Origin: Okamejei kenojei
Taxonomy: Eukaryota
Length of the DNA stretch: 64,000 bases
NCBI GenBank assembly: GCA_035221665.1
Contig: CM069145.1
Span: forward strand, 26,784,001 to 26,848,000
Direction of reading: 5' to 3'
Position numbers and translations under genes: made by a program. Positions 1-12,546 of the stretch are shown here, piece after piece (position 1 is the stretch's first letter; each line of letters starts with the position of its first letter). The notes beneath the pieces were generated by a model. That model searched no databases. It worked only from the letters and a program-made list of their open reading frames with translations, and was not told the origin of the DNA.

Positions 1-56
1 ACAAAAAGCATTTCACTGCACCTCGGAACTCGTGACAATAAACTAAACTGAAAAAC
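1..56 (+). mobile_element. 3' tail remnant of a non-LTR retroelement (Rex1/L2-type tail)
   Basis: TTTCACTGCACC...GTGACAATAAA followed by (AAACT)n. A reverse-complement relative of the same tail lies at ~10500-10548. Confidence 0.45.
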
Positions 57-317
57 TGGATTTGGAGCTTTGCATGGAATCCAATTGAAAATTAGTTGCT
101 TAATATATTGCATTTGCTATATTCGAAGCATCATTTATAAACTTGTGAGATAATTTACATTGAACAATTGTGTTCCTGTACAGATTCTTAGAAAATGGAA
201 ATATGTTGCTAAGCCAAGTCTTTTTGTGTATTTCTGATGTGCACATCACCAGGAATGCAGAGATTCTAAATTGATTATGAGCCCTGAACACGTGCTACTG
301 ACTAATGTTGCATGGGT

Positions 318-505
318 AACTCAGCGGGACAGGCAACATCTCTGGATAGAAGGAATGGGTGATGTTTTGGGTCGAGACCCTTCAGTCTAAAGAAGGGTCT
401 TGACCTAAAACGTCACACATTCCTTCTATCTGGAGATGCTGCCTGAGTTACTCCAGCATTGTGTCTATCTTCAGTGTAAACCAGCACCTGCAGTTCCCTC
501 CTACG
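318..505. mobile_element. Penelope-related short repeat, head-to-head palindromic copy
   Basis: Arms ~316-383 and ~391-451 are inverted copies around CAGTCT. Flanked by a direct repeat TAATGTTGCATGGGT (303-317) / TAATGTTTTATGGGT (506-520). The same sequence recurs at least 5 more times in the window. Confidence 0.75.
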
Positions 506-1788
506 TAATGTTTTATGGGTGTTTTGAATGGTTATGTTCAAAAGAAAATCAGAAACATTTATAATTTTGCTACAGGGTAGTGAACTCTGCCTTTTTACTG
601 TGAGATGTGAATGATTATGTGACTATTTCACGTCCAGTGCTTGCAATTAATGTAACAGGACAACTTGTTTTGCTCAAAATTCTAAACATATCTTTCTCCG
701 AACACTAATGTCTTGTCTGAATGCCAGATGCTTTTACATTGCTTGACTCAAGTTGGAAATGTTTTCAATTCTTGAGTTAACCGCATAGTGGGGGACTTCT
801 CTAAATCACAAAGTAGCATTTTGTGTGAAGCCATAATTAAACTGTTACTCCTACTCCATCCCCATCACCCGCATTCTGTAAAAGGATATCAAAAATAGAG
901 ATTTATGCTCACTGTTTTCAAGATCTTGGGTTGAAACCAATAAGATTGTTGATACAAACAGTTGTGTTTTGATACAGTGTGTTAAATTGCTGTGAGGGAA
1001 AGTACAAAGGAAATTTTCTTGGAAATCTAAACTGAAATTATTTTAAATCCACACACAAGCTTCTTCATATCTTTTAAATATTTTAACTCCCTTTTAAAAA
1101 TGTTGCCATGGTGTTTTGCTGAGTCAAGGGTAGGAAGTTAAACGTGTCTGATAAGGGATTGCTGAACATACACCATTCCTCAATCCATTATCCTTGGAGA
1201 TGCACTAGTATTAGTTGGAAGGTTTTGCTGTTCACTGTTGACAAGCCCAGTCACATTAAACAGCTTTGCAATCTATCTTAGTTAACTCTAAAGTTTGTAT
1301 AATAGACCAAGCTGGAAGGGTTGTATTGCAACTTACTGGTTGAAGCATCAGAATAAAATGTGATGATAAAAAAGTTAGTAATTGTTAGATTTAGGGTTAG
1401 GGTGATGCAATAGGTGTATGATGCAATGTATCTAAATTGCAGCTATGCTTATGGTGCCTTAAATATCAAATAGTCTTGTTCTCTGCAATATGTTTGGAAC
1501 CTTTTAATTTTCCACTGATTCCAATTCTCTGTCTGAATAGCAGTCATCCTGTTTTTCTGAGTTTCAATTGTGGCTTGTATTCCTGACAGTATTTTTGGTG
1601 TTTTAATTTAGAACTGCCTACTTGGCTTGGCAACTATAATGGCTTAGGGCAACAACTTTCAGTCAAGCTGTAAAACTACATAATGCTAGTACCAGGGGTC
1701 GCACTCCTGTGGCATACTGGACGTCAAGGTACGCCGTGCAGTTAATAACTAACTGCCCTACACTCTGTGTGTGTGTGTGTGTGTGCGC

Positions 1789-2050
1789 TAGGTGCAGGAG
1801 TAGGCCATTCGGCCCTTCGAGGCAGCACCATTCAATGTGATCATGGCTCATCATCCCCAGTCAGTACCCCATTTCCCTCATTTTGCTATTTTTAAGAGCC
1901 ATATCTAGCTCTCTCTTGAAAGCATCCAGAGAACCTGCCTCCACCGCCCTCTGAGGCAGAGAATTCCGCAGACTCACCACACTCTGTGAGACAAAGTGTT
2001 TCCTCGTCTTCTTTCTAAATGGCTTACTCCTTATTCTTAAACTGTGGCCA
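1789..2050 (-). mobile_element. CR1/HER1 LINE 3' fragment lying within a (TG)n microsatellite
   Basis: Reverse complement of the CR1 3' end seen at 12547-12885 and 24837-25116. (TG)n on both sides (1765-1785, 2052-2066). Confidence 0.85.
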
Positions 2051-2080
2051 CGTGTGTGTGTGTGTGTTTTTAAGAAACTA

Positions 2081-2938
2081 CTAGACTAAGTGGGACCCGC
2101 TGGGTCCCAGTCACACGGGAGGCCTGGTCCCCCAACGCAACCCATTCCCCAATGCAATATTCCACCACTCACCCGTTCCCCAAAGCGATATTCCACCACT
2201 CACCCATAGCCCCTAACTGCATAGGCGCAGCTCATTACCCCTCATCCCTCAGCACTCCCCGCCCCCCCCTCTTCAAGTGTGAGAGGGGAGGCAGGTGTGT
2301 GGTGGGAGGGGAAGTGGGAGCGTGTGTGGGCAGGGGGGTGGAGGTGGGGGGGGGAGGGTGGTGTGTGACGGGGGTGTGGGGTGGGAGGGGATGTGTGTAT
2401 GTGTTGCATCTCTTCTTGCATTCTTCAGATAAGGAGGGGGCTGGTGTGTGGGAGAGGTGTGTGTGGGAGAGGGGTGTGGGGGTGGGTGAGGGAGGGGTGT
2501 GTGGGTAGGGTGGTGGTTGTGGGGGGGGGATTGTGGTCGCCGCAGACGCACCCCACACCTTCAGCTTTTGGCCTCACTCAGCGGCTCCCGGTCAGGCTCC
2601 GGATTCACGCAGCGGCTTCCGGCTCGTCGTACTGGTTGCCGCAGAAGCAGCCCGCACGCTGCTCGCGCTGTGCACTCCACACTCGCTCAACACACTCTGC
2701 TCCTTCAGCTTTATTCTCCTCGCCGCCGGTGATTGACAGCGATTTTTAAAAACGATTTTTAAACCTTCATAATTTTTGTACTATTCCACCGATTGGAACA
2801 AAACATGTTGCACTTGCAGTACAAGAGAATGGTGAGTAAGGTGGCGAAAAATTGTAGCGCTATCGGGTACCATTTTTGCGCATATGTAAAAACAACGCAA
2901 ACCGGAAAAGGAGAAGATGAGAGTATTATAACTATATA
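2081..2938 (-). mobile_element. Non-autonomous Helitron-like element
   Basis: Minus-strand 3' end has a perfect 8-bp hairpin (TGGGACCC-gct-GGGTCCCA, 2091-2109), a 6-nt spacer, then CTAG (2081-2084) followed by T. GC/CpG-rich interior ends at an AT-rich TATATA-type 5' end near 2938 (approximate). Confidence 0.7.
2283..2530 (+). repeat. G-rich low-complexity tract (GGGGT/GTGT), G-quadruplex-prone, inside the Helitron
   Basis: Many runs of 3 or more G. It explains the Pro/His/Thr-rich and Gly/Val-rich spurious ORFs here. Confidence 0.85.
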
Positions 2939-4129
2939 ACAATATGGATGTAATTTGTGCTTTTTATTGATTGTCAGATTTATATATTTCTGTATAATAA
3001 ACTAATTTTTACTGAAAAATTCATAAAATCTCAACTGTTTGGTGCTTCATGTGACTTAGCACAATGAAAACAGCTGAGCAGGAAGGGGTTTTCGAGATAG
3101 TGAGGCAGTTTCCTCACTGAGGAATTATTTCAAGAATGTAATTGAAGAGAAATGGCTGAAGCAACAGAACAACTAATGCCGCTGACAGTTATGATTTATC
3201 AGCAGTGACCAGAAGGTGAAGCTTCAGTGGAAGACTGGCAATTTGGACATTTTGACATTAATAAAATTACCAATTTGCTTCCCTTGGTGTATAAGCAGAA
3301 TGTCGCTGGAAAATGGAGTCACTGACCTGACCCAAGCCAATCAGCCAGTTTTCCTAAGTCCTTAATGAAGAACATTCCTTATTGTTCTGCCATTGATGGT
3401 GTGGCTCTGGTAAATGAAACTTGAGATACTTTTTGTAATTTTTAGTTTAGTTCCAAGATGTTTTATCAACTTTATTTGGTGTTCAATACAGTTGAGTATT
3501 TTTGGATATTTAAATGAATATCAATTGACATGCATCAACCTCCTCTCGGTATAAAACACAGCCAAAGCAAAACTTGTAATATTAGTTAGTTGGTTTAGCC
3601 CTAACCTCTTCATTTCTCTTAACAAAATCTTCACTTTCTTTCACAGAAATCTATTTACCTTTATAACTTAATACCCCATTATCTACCTCCATCACTTTAA
3701 ATATCTGGCTTTTATTATCACATAATCACGTCTTTAACCGATGCATCCTAGAGTGCATGTGGATTGATCCAGATCCATATAAGCATTTTGATTGAAATGC
3801 TTGAATTGTTTCACACATTGCTGACATGGTGCAAAATAAATTTATTTTCCAATTGGGCCTTGAAGAATTTTAAAAAATGTTTAAAATCAATTGAAGGAGA
3901 GACAATCAACTGACCTTGATATGCAATGACATCAGGGGCAGTTTTACATGATTGGTTCAGATCTCGGGAAAGTACAGTGGGCGCTTGCACTTCCAGATGA
4001 TGTTGACGGCAAGGGGCAGATACCCTTTGTGTTGGCAACGTAGCAAGTGTACTGTTAATCATCCACTCTCAAAAACCTGCACTCATGCAAAGTGCTGCCT
4101 AAGAAACAGCTCCCAGTCAGCCACGCGAT

Positions 4130-5099
4130 CACGAATGTAAATAACCGATATCGCGGCCAACGTCGCTTGCAAGACACCACCACCGACAAGACGTGCTCGG
4201 TGATGGTGGGTCGACTGGCGCCTTCTTGGGCAGCTGCACTGGCTGGGGCTGCGGCTGAGCTGGTTGTTGCAGCCGCCGTCTCTTCACCATTGCTCCCTTA
4301 TTCAGCACTGAGCCAGCCTGAGGCAGGGTGGTGCCGCTTCCACTGTCTCCTCCTCTGCGCCTCCCAATCCACTGGATTTGCCGGGAAATTCCGGCTTCTG
4401 GTTCGCAACCATGCCGGAGTAGCTCTAAACCCAACCTTTCGACCTCATTCCCTCGGTTCCATTCCCTCACCAGCAGCGGCCAAAACTAGTGGAGCGATGA
4501 GCGCCAGCAGCCGTTTTTATGAGGCGGACGAGGAAGAGTAAACTTGGAAAGGCCCATTCATGTTGGGTTCTTTAGCAGCCTGACTCGTTGTGTTACTGCC
4601 ATAAAACTTTCCATGAATAAATCAATCCCAATGCACTGTAACAACTGAGGCATCGCAGGCTCTGAAGTTTGCCTCTGGGTCAACAAAACCGCTTTCACTG
4701 CACATGTTAGAGAGCAGCAGCCCCACCTTCTCCCCACACCCCGCAACACTCGTCACTTCGACAGCGCTAGTGCTAGAAAATGAACGTTTCTCTAAAAATG
4801 AGAAGTAAACTTCTGTCGCTGCTGCCGGAGTAGTGCTCTCAAAGTGACAAGAATGCTGTGCTCACTTGATCACTACGATGTTCTGATGAAAAGGAATGCT
4901 GTGTGCATAGAAATGCACCTCAAAAACATATTCCGAAACAAAATGTTAGCAGAAGTGCCCAACATCAAGATTGTGCTGCTTCCCAAGAAAAATAAAACTG
5001 ACACGGCACAGCAGAAGAGAGAGAATGTTCGGTAGGTTAGGAGTATTAAATGCATGGGTTTAGCGGAACGTAACCCCATCGTAAGTTGAGGAGTTACTG
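4130..5099 (+). mobile_element. Tigger/pogo-type DNA transposon derivative with Tigger5/MER47-like right end; left boundary uncertain
   Basis: Ends ...GGAACGTAACCCCATCGTAAGTTGAGGAGTTACTG followed by TA (5100-5101). CpG-rich interior. No matching left TIR found. Confidence 0.55.
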
Positions 5100-5164
5100 T
5101 ATATGAATACAAGCTTGTGTTGCCATAGTTTGGTTCGAAAGGAAAGACTGTGGAAGAGTATGGC

Positions 5165-5410
5165 ATGTGTTACAGATTTCAACCACTCTCTGGGGGTGGT
5201 GGGGAAATGAGTTTTAGAATCCATCCTGAGATTCTGTCTAGCATTCTTGCTCCTCACTGTAAATTATGCCCTCTAGTTGTAACCAGCTCTGCAGTAGGAA
5301 AGACTATATCTTTCAGCGTACTATATCTGTGCCCCTTTTAATTTGTATACCCCCTTAACTTCCTATACTGAATAGCAGACAAGCCAACAGATCCAGTCTC
5401 TCCTCATAAT
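5165..5410 (-). mobile_element. Old degenerate CR1 LINE fragment
   Basis: Residual similarity to minus-strand CR1 3' region (AACCACTCTCTGGG..., AAATTATGCCCTCTAGTT..., TCCAGTCTCTCCTCATAATTGAAG). Confidence 0.45.
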
Positions 5411-6687
5411 TGAAGCAAAATGATTCTAATCATGAAATGGGATGAATAGAAAACACAAAACATGCCAAGATTCGGGTACAAAATTATTGTAAAACTTTCA
5501 ATTTCTATTAGTTAACCACCCCTCTCCTTTATGAACCCTTAACCCTTAAGTTAATCCTTAAGGAGACTGAAGGTTTTAATGCACTAAATATTTTTGACAG
5601 TAATTTTATTTGGAATGGTGATCTTTACCTGGCATTGACAATAGCATTGGGCGGTTTTGCACAGCAAGGAACTCCTATAGAGAAGTTGCTGCCATTGCTT
5701 AATGTAAAACAGCATACTCTTGCTTTTAATGTTGCCAAAGGTTACATTTGCAACAAATGAAGGGAATAAGTTTCTTATCTTCCAAGCAGCTCGCAGAGTT
5801 AACTGTACATAGTTGTAGCAAGTATTTTTTAGGAGGTTGGGAATCTAATTGTGTTACTTTGTGTTTCTTTGTAAATAATTCATTGAGCCAAAAGATTATG
5901 TTTGATTCATAAGTAATGATTGCACCACAGTGTTAGAAATTTAGCGTTCTTCCACATAATATGGGAGTTTTCATTGTGACCCATCTTCTTAAAATAAAAA
6001 ATCTGCCACTCTAAGGCTTTGATGGAAATAAAACTGTTTCACCCTAATGCTTCGGGGGGGACCCGAACAATCCATACTGGAAGGTTTGCAGGCTTGTCAG
6101 CCACACTGTCCAGTACGGACACTTTCAACAATCTTAGGTGACCATTTGCAACCAAAGTAAGAAGTTCTTCGTAGAAACAAGGAACAAAGAAACATAGAAA
6201 CATAGATGTAGGTTGACAATTCAATATGATCAGACATCCAAAGTATCCCGCATAGAGTAACCACATAAATGTTGATGTTAATGTTCAAACCTAGGGTAAT
6301 GCACATGCAACTTTTGTGATGTGTGGGAAGATGACAACAAGAAAAGGGAATGGAAGAGTAATGCATATGAATCACTTGGCTTCACAAGAAGTTCCTGGCC
6401 TAGGAGGGCTTGACTCGCCTATCAGTGCTGCCAAAGACAAAATGATGGAGACAGGGTATAGTCACTGAATATTCCACTCCATTTATGTTTATTTAGTTTT
6501 TCTGTCTTGTGTTTAACTTTATTGAAGTTGGGCAAACTGAGTTTACACAACATTTGGACCCCCCCCCCCCTCCTTTTTTTTCCCCCTTCTTAAAGTTCAA
6601 TGAACCTCCTTGAGAGGATAATGAAGGTTTTTATTGCAGTTAACTTTTATCATGCTCTAGATCATGAAGCATGCCAGTAATCCTTCA

Positions 6688-6903
6688 GTCGCATGTTCCC
6701 GGAGGTTTTTGTCAGTCTCCCTAATAGTCGAAAGTGTTTTCCGTTGTAAAAATCGGTGATTTTTTTTTAGTCAAAGCCGGTTGCAATGCTAATTGAAGGT
6801 GGTTGCCGGAGGACAAAAACCTCCAGGAACCGCACGGAAACCTTGGGTTGGGTGCAAAGTCTCCAGAGGTTTCCGTTCAGGTTTCCTAAGTGGGACAGGG
6901 GCA
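6688..6903. mobile_element. PIF/Harbinger-type MITE, right portion only
   Basis: Ends in CCTAAGTGGGACAGGGGCA followed by TAA, the same terminal motif as the element at 12914-13405. Confidence 0.6.
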
Positions 6904-8319
6904 TAAGGAATCTAGCCTGCATCTGGCAATGCTTCCATTGGAATGGCAATCCTATATTATCATGAAAAATTGATCCTTATTCAGAGTTGAACCTGGGCAA
7001 TGTCCTTGCATGGGAATTCATCAGATGTCTAGTGGTAATATAGTTAAGCTTGTTTAACTTTGACTTGTTTGTTGTTTAGATGCAGAGTTTGCAGCAGAAT
7101 TCATTGGATATGAATTATAACTGGAAACACTGCCTAAATTTAAGCTTTCAATTTTTTCCCAACGCTGAAGACAGTAATGGCATTATTACTGGAAATTTCT
7201 AATTTGCAACACAAAGCATCAGTTGAAGGGAGTACTGGACATGGTATGGTGGTCTGGAGGGTCTGTTTCTGTGCTGCATAACTCTAACTCTGTCGTCTAG
7301 ATTTGGCCTGATAATTAGGTGTGTGGTCTTCTGGAGGAAGATTTGTGTTTTTTTTTAATTTTACACACTATGTCAGCCAATGAGTTACAGCAGACAAAGT
7401 CAACTTTTAAAACAAAGTCAATCTGTTCAAAGAGCAGAGGGAATAAGCTGCAGCAACTTGTCTCCCCCTAAACAAAAAATGCAGGATAATTACTCCAGAA
7501 TACTAAAACAAGTAGAGAACAGCAACCTATAAACTATGCCCATAAAACCAATCAGTTACATACAGCAATGTGGTCTCTAATTTTGATTTATGGAAAATAC
7601 CCAGTCGTTTCCATTCTGGCAGGCTGGACTGCATTGCACACTTAGACTTCACTTTTCTAATTTTTTTAATCATTGTAATAAATATTCTTGGGAACAGTGA
7701 ACAAATGCTGAACTAAAATAACATTGCGAAAGTTATGTATATTAGTCGTTCGCATTGTACTGTTGTATTTCCCAATGGTCTTGTGCGCGAATCAAGAGTT
7801 TTTGAGGAGGTAGCTTTGCTCGTCCACACTTGTCCTTGTAAAATGATATAATGATTCCTAGATATCTACAGTTTCTAATTTTAGCTATAGTGGCAATTTC
7901 CTTTGAAAGTTATTAATGGCACTCTTTCCTGATTAAATTCTCCAATATGTTTTAAGAAAAGAAAGATTTTTACCAATTGCTTTGAAACAGTGTCCTTTAG
8001 TTACTGACCCACATTCTGGATAAAACATTTTTCTGATCTTTTCTGAAGCCCCCCTGATTTATAGCATCTTCATAAAATCTTTCCTGTGAGAATTATAATC
8101 TCAGTTTCTCAGGTCTCTGAGCCTAACTGAAATCTGTCCATTTCACCGATATGTTTATGTTGGATATAATGGAAGAGTAAAAAAAGAATGATCGTGTCAG
8201 TTTTGCATTAAAGTTTGAATTATAATTTTCTCTCAAGTGTTTCTACTGAATTTATTTGCACAAAGGACTTCGGGCTTTAGTAATAGCACAGGAATTTTTT
8301 AATTTATTGTTTTTTTTTG

Positions 8320-8427
8320 TTATGTTATCTGTGAGAACTGTTTACGGGCCTGTTATACTGCTGCAAGTAAGAATTTCATTGTTTAATTTTCAGTACCTAT
8401 GACAATAAGACGCTCTTGACTCTCTTG
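8320..8427 (+). mobile_element. 3' tail of a Rex1/L2-type non-LTR element
   Basis: GGCCTGTTATACTGCTGCAAGTAAGAATTTCATTG...GACAATAAGACGCTCTTGACTCTCTTG. A reverse-complement relative lies at ~17488-17575. Confidence 0.55.
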
Positions 8428-8466
8428 GGTTATAAGTAGAACAGTTTTGCCAAAGGGCAACCGGGA

Positions 8467-8749
8467 TTTAGTTTAGTTTAGAGATGCAACACAGAAACAG
8501 GCCCTTCGACCCACTGAGCCCGTGCCAACCAGCGATCCCCACGCACTAGCACTATCCTACTCACTGGGCACAATTTATAATGTTACCAACATGTATGTCT
8601 TTAGAGTGTGGGAGTACACCTGGAGAAAACCCATGCATGTCACAGGGAGAACGTACAAACTCCATACAGACAGCACCCGTAGTCAGGATCAAACCCGGGT
8701 CTCTTTTGCTATAAGGCAGCAACTCTACCGTTGTGCCAGCCTGCTGCCC
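8467..8749 (-). mobile_element. tRNA-derived V-SINE (HE1-like)
   Basis: Minus strand has A box TGGCACAACGG, B box GGTTTGATCC, V-domain GGAGTTTGTACGTTCTCCCTGTG and an (AAACT)n tail. Homologous to copies at 25415, 31006 and 40405. Confidence 0.85.
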
Positions 8750-9106
8750 TATTACCTGATTTGACTTTAACTAGAACAAAATAAACTTTTATCCTCGAAT
8801 GCTGGCCAGCCATTCCCTATGTGCATGTGGCACCTGCATGTTCATTTCAATAGCAGTGTTTTAAAAGCTGTTTATTTCTCTGTTCTTCACTGAGATTAAC
8901 TTCGCCTGTAGCCTAATATGGATTGGGAAATTGCTCAGTGAGTCTCTGATCTAGGCAGAAGCTGAGGTGCACAGATTTTACTAAGGTGTGACGGATGGAA
9001 ACCAGGTCACCTCAGCAGAAGCAGCACAACCAGAACAATTGTCAAAGATTGGCAGTAATGTTTTCTCCCTGTCAATTACAATGAAGGAGCTTGAGGCCAG
9101 TCATCT

Positions 9107-9290
9107 CATAAGGTCATAACTGATGGGAGTAGAATTACTAGTCTACTCCGCCATTCAATCATGGCTGATCTACCTCGCCCTCCTATCCCCATTCTCTTGC
9201 CATCTACCCATAGCCTCTGACACCTGTACTAATCAAAAATCTATCTATCTTTCCCTTAATCAAAAGTCTATCTCTATCTCTGCCTATCTC
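9107..9290 (-). mobile_element. CR1 LINE 3' end
   Basis: Reverse complement of the CR1 3' end at 31600-31744 (GCCATTCAATCATGGCTGATCTA, CCTGTACTAATCAA). Confidence 0.8.
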
Positions 9291-11362
9291 TTGAGATTTA
9301 AAGACTGTTCTGAAATCCAGTGGATTCTGCAGTGTATGCAGGTAGTTCAGAAACGGGATAGGTTTACTATAAGAATCCACCAACATCCCAATTTGGGTTC
9401 AATTAATTCCTGACAGATTTGTAGACAATTTGGTTACATACAGAGATAGCTTCCTTCCTCTTATACCAGTGGGTAATGGAACAATTGTTTCTCCTGTTTC
9501 AGTGTGTAAACTATAGCTTGCAAGAAAGAAAATAGAAGTATAACAAATAATTTGTTGAGTGTAGTATGAAGCCTCTAACAGGCAAACCGTGAAGTGAAGC
9601 ATCAAAACGTATCTGGTTATATTCTGGCAGGGAAATGCATATTGTAGAAGGTGATATTTCCAACATATTTGTCGTCACTGCTCAAGTAGACAAATGGGAA
9701 ATTCTTGTCATCTGAAAATTAAAACACATCCTTCCTGGGTCAGGTTGAATTGCATTTAAACAGATTTGGTTTTAGTAACTGGATGTTGAAGCTGACAACC
9801 TAAGAACTAGACCATAAACAAAAAATGTCATTACTCCAGGGAGCTGGCTCGCGAGACAATTGCACCATTGTATTGGTGGGTTTTATAGGCAGCAGGGAGA
9901 TTTGTGGTGGTTGAATGTTTTCTGGGCAGAGGAGGGTGGGGGCGGGGAATGCAGGGGGTGAGCCTTGACTTCTATGAGGGTAGCTGTCAGCAGTTGCAAA
10001 CCAGCTGCAGATTTTTCACCCAAGAATGTGATTGCATTTATTTTCCTGTTTGCTTAAACAGGGTGGAAAAAGAACACAAGTAATTTCTGCTCCTTTCACC
10101 CCTGCTGTAGAGAATGACTGTTCCACAAGAACAGAATTAGTTGTTGCAAGACCTTAAAACAAAAGTCTCGGAGTCATAGATTTGAGGTCATGCAGACTAT
10201 GAAGTTGGTAATGGCCCACTCTGTTGCACTGGAAAGGAATAATGTCGTCTTTTTTCCTCCATTTGGTATTCTATCTGAATGTTAACAAGTAGTCTTTTTT
10301 CATTCATAGAATGTTCATCTATAACTGAGCACAAAGAATAAAAATTATGAATGATTATTCAACAAGACAGTGCCTCTTTGTTCACCCATCTAGGCTCCAT
10401 TTCAAAATTTTTTTAGAGTATATCTGCAGAGTGTCATTTCCTCGCTCCTGTTAGATATTTGGTATCTTCATCCTTTAAAAAAAAGAATCGATTGTTTATG
10501 TCAAAGTCAATTTTATTCATCACATACACCCAAAGGTGCAGTGAAAAGGTGCTGTTTAAGACAGCAAAGCACTTCCATGTCAATCAGTTAGACTTAAAGA
10601 TGGAGATTATCTAAATGTGTGAGGGTTGATTCTTGAGGTGGGAAAACTTGCTGACGAAATATGTCTTCACCAAAAGAGCTGCCTCATGTCTATTGATTGA
10701 TTTTTAACAAAGTTAAAAGTGGCTCTTGCCCACCACTGGGAGTGTTTCGTTGTGGTAAGTTACCCACGTGAAGAATTGACCTAGATCCCAAAACCGCTTA
10801 TACTGCATTCCTAAAGTTTGGGTGGTGAGATCAACATGGTGTCCATGTTTGCTTGGCTGAAGCCAGTGTCATTAGTATGACAACTGACACAGGGAACTAT
10901 AGGTCTAACCAGTCGGTACTGTAGTTTAGGCTTCACTGGGCATGGTGCATGCACAAAAAGTTTTATACCATTAGAAATTAGAGACACCCATAGTTGACGT
11001 ATCTTAAATATCTGTGCATTGAGCTCTGCAGTCCCTTTTTAAATAACAAAAAAATATGTTAAAGGTATGACAAAAGCAAAGGTGTCATGATTTTAGTTTC
11101 AACAAAAAATGTTTTCCTCTTATTCTGAATACCTGATAATAAGTATTAGTTCCTTGAAGGTGCTACTATTTTAGCTGCAAAATAAATATTTTCCATAGAA
11201 TACTTCATAATGTATGATTTGGAAGCGGAGATTAAAATGGGAAAACATCAAAGGCAATCAGTGATATATGTTGTTGGGTAGTTTTTTTTTCACTGCAACA
11301 CCCTTAACATATTGTTGTTGATGCAAGCAATTTTGAATTCAAAGTTGGGCCTTAAAATTATG

Positions 11363-11487
11363 TTTCACTGATGATCCCGAACCGTCACCCGTTCCTTCTC
11401 TTCAGAGATGTTGCCTGTCCTGCTGTGTTACTCCAGCATGTTGTGTCTATCTTCGGTGTAAACCAGCATCTGTAGTTTCTTCCTACA
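11363..11487 (+). mobile_element. Penelope-related short repeat copy
   Basis: Matches the right arm of 318-505. Flanking direct repeat CTTAAAATTATG (11351-11362) / CTTAATATTATG (11488-11499). Confidence 0.75.
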
Positions 11488-11569
11488 CTTAATATTATGC
11501 TGTTTGATTAAAGAGGCACAAATCCATTAATCTTGGGGCGGTTCATTTATGTAATAAGCTTTTATTTTC

Positions 11570-12430
11570 AATCATCTTGGATTTGTTTTTAGCATTAGGT
11601 GAGACGAGAATTGGATAATGTGAATAATCTATAGAAAAGGGAGGCGGGTGGGTAGTTGTCTATTCACTCCATTGAAGTTTTTTTAACTACAGGGAACAAG
11701 GGTAAAATATGGAGAGCAGTTGATCAGCACCCTCATCACTGATGTGCAGGGTGTGAGGGGCTTATCATTGGGGAAGTAGGTTAATTATTGCATGGTAATT
11801 TGCTGCTGCTATTATTAGCAACAAGGCAGGAAGTGATCAGACATTAAACTTTAGTTAATTTGTTTTTAGATTATTTCACATACTGGCAGTTAAAATTTAA
11901 CGCAGGAAAGTAAAATGTCGTGCATATTGGCAGGAAGCGTAAAGCAAGGAAAAGAGGACTAAATGGTAGTTTAAATGGGTACACAGGAATAGAAGAAGCA
12001 GAGTATAAATCTTGATGAAAAAATGGTAGTTAATTAAACATGTAGGATCCCAGGCTTTGATGAATACATCGAACAAAAATGTTATGAGGTTATGTTTGAC
12101 TTTTTATTAAAACACTGGTTAAGCCATAAATGGATTATTGATTTCAATTCCAATGACTACATTAGGACACAAAGGTCTTTAAGAGATTGCAGAAAAGAGA
12201 TGAACATTCCATGGAGCATATACTGTGAACAGTCCATGGAAGAGATATTTTAGTTGCAAGAATGGACAAGAGAAGCTGAAGTTGATCTTGGTGCAGAAAG
12301 AATGTTTAGAGGAAGTTTTGTCGAAGTGTATAAAATTATAACTAGTTTGGATAGGGATAATAGAGAGAAACTTCCCCAACCACGGAGGACAAAGAACCAA
12401 GGAGGGGCCAGTTTTAAGCTGATTGTCACT
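11570..12430 (+). mobile_element. Old, heavily decayed CR1 LINE (RT region)
   Basis: Residual motifs TGGCAGTTAAAATTTAACGCAGGAAAGT (WQ.KFN..K) and ORF fragment RGSFVEVYKIITSLDR. Confidence 0.6.
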
Positions 12431-12546
12431 ACTTTATATTTTTACCCGTGAGTAATTATAATCTGCTTAAAAGAGTGGTTTACAAAAGAAAATATTTGAC
12501 CATTTACTATAAAAATGCAGACCATTGGTGGGAGAGAGCAAAGGTA

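Noticed and set aside
2152-2749. Overlapping Pro/His/Thr-rich and Gly/Val-rich ORFs
   Set aside because: Artefacts of the G-rich low-complexity tract inside the Helitron-like element.
4092-4541. 149-aa ORF, the longest in the window
   Set aside because: No recognisable domain, GTG start, and within a GC-rich TE-like segment where stops are rare.
8660-8749. tRNA-like A and B boxes
   Set aside because: SINE head continuing into V-domain and tail; no complete cloverleaf.
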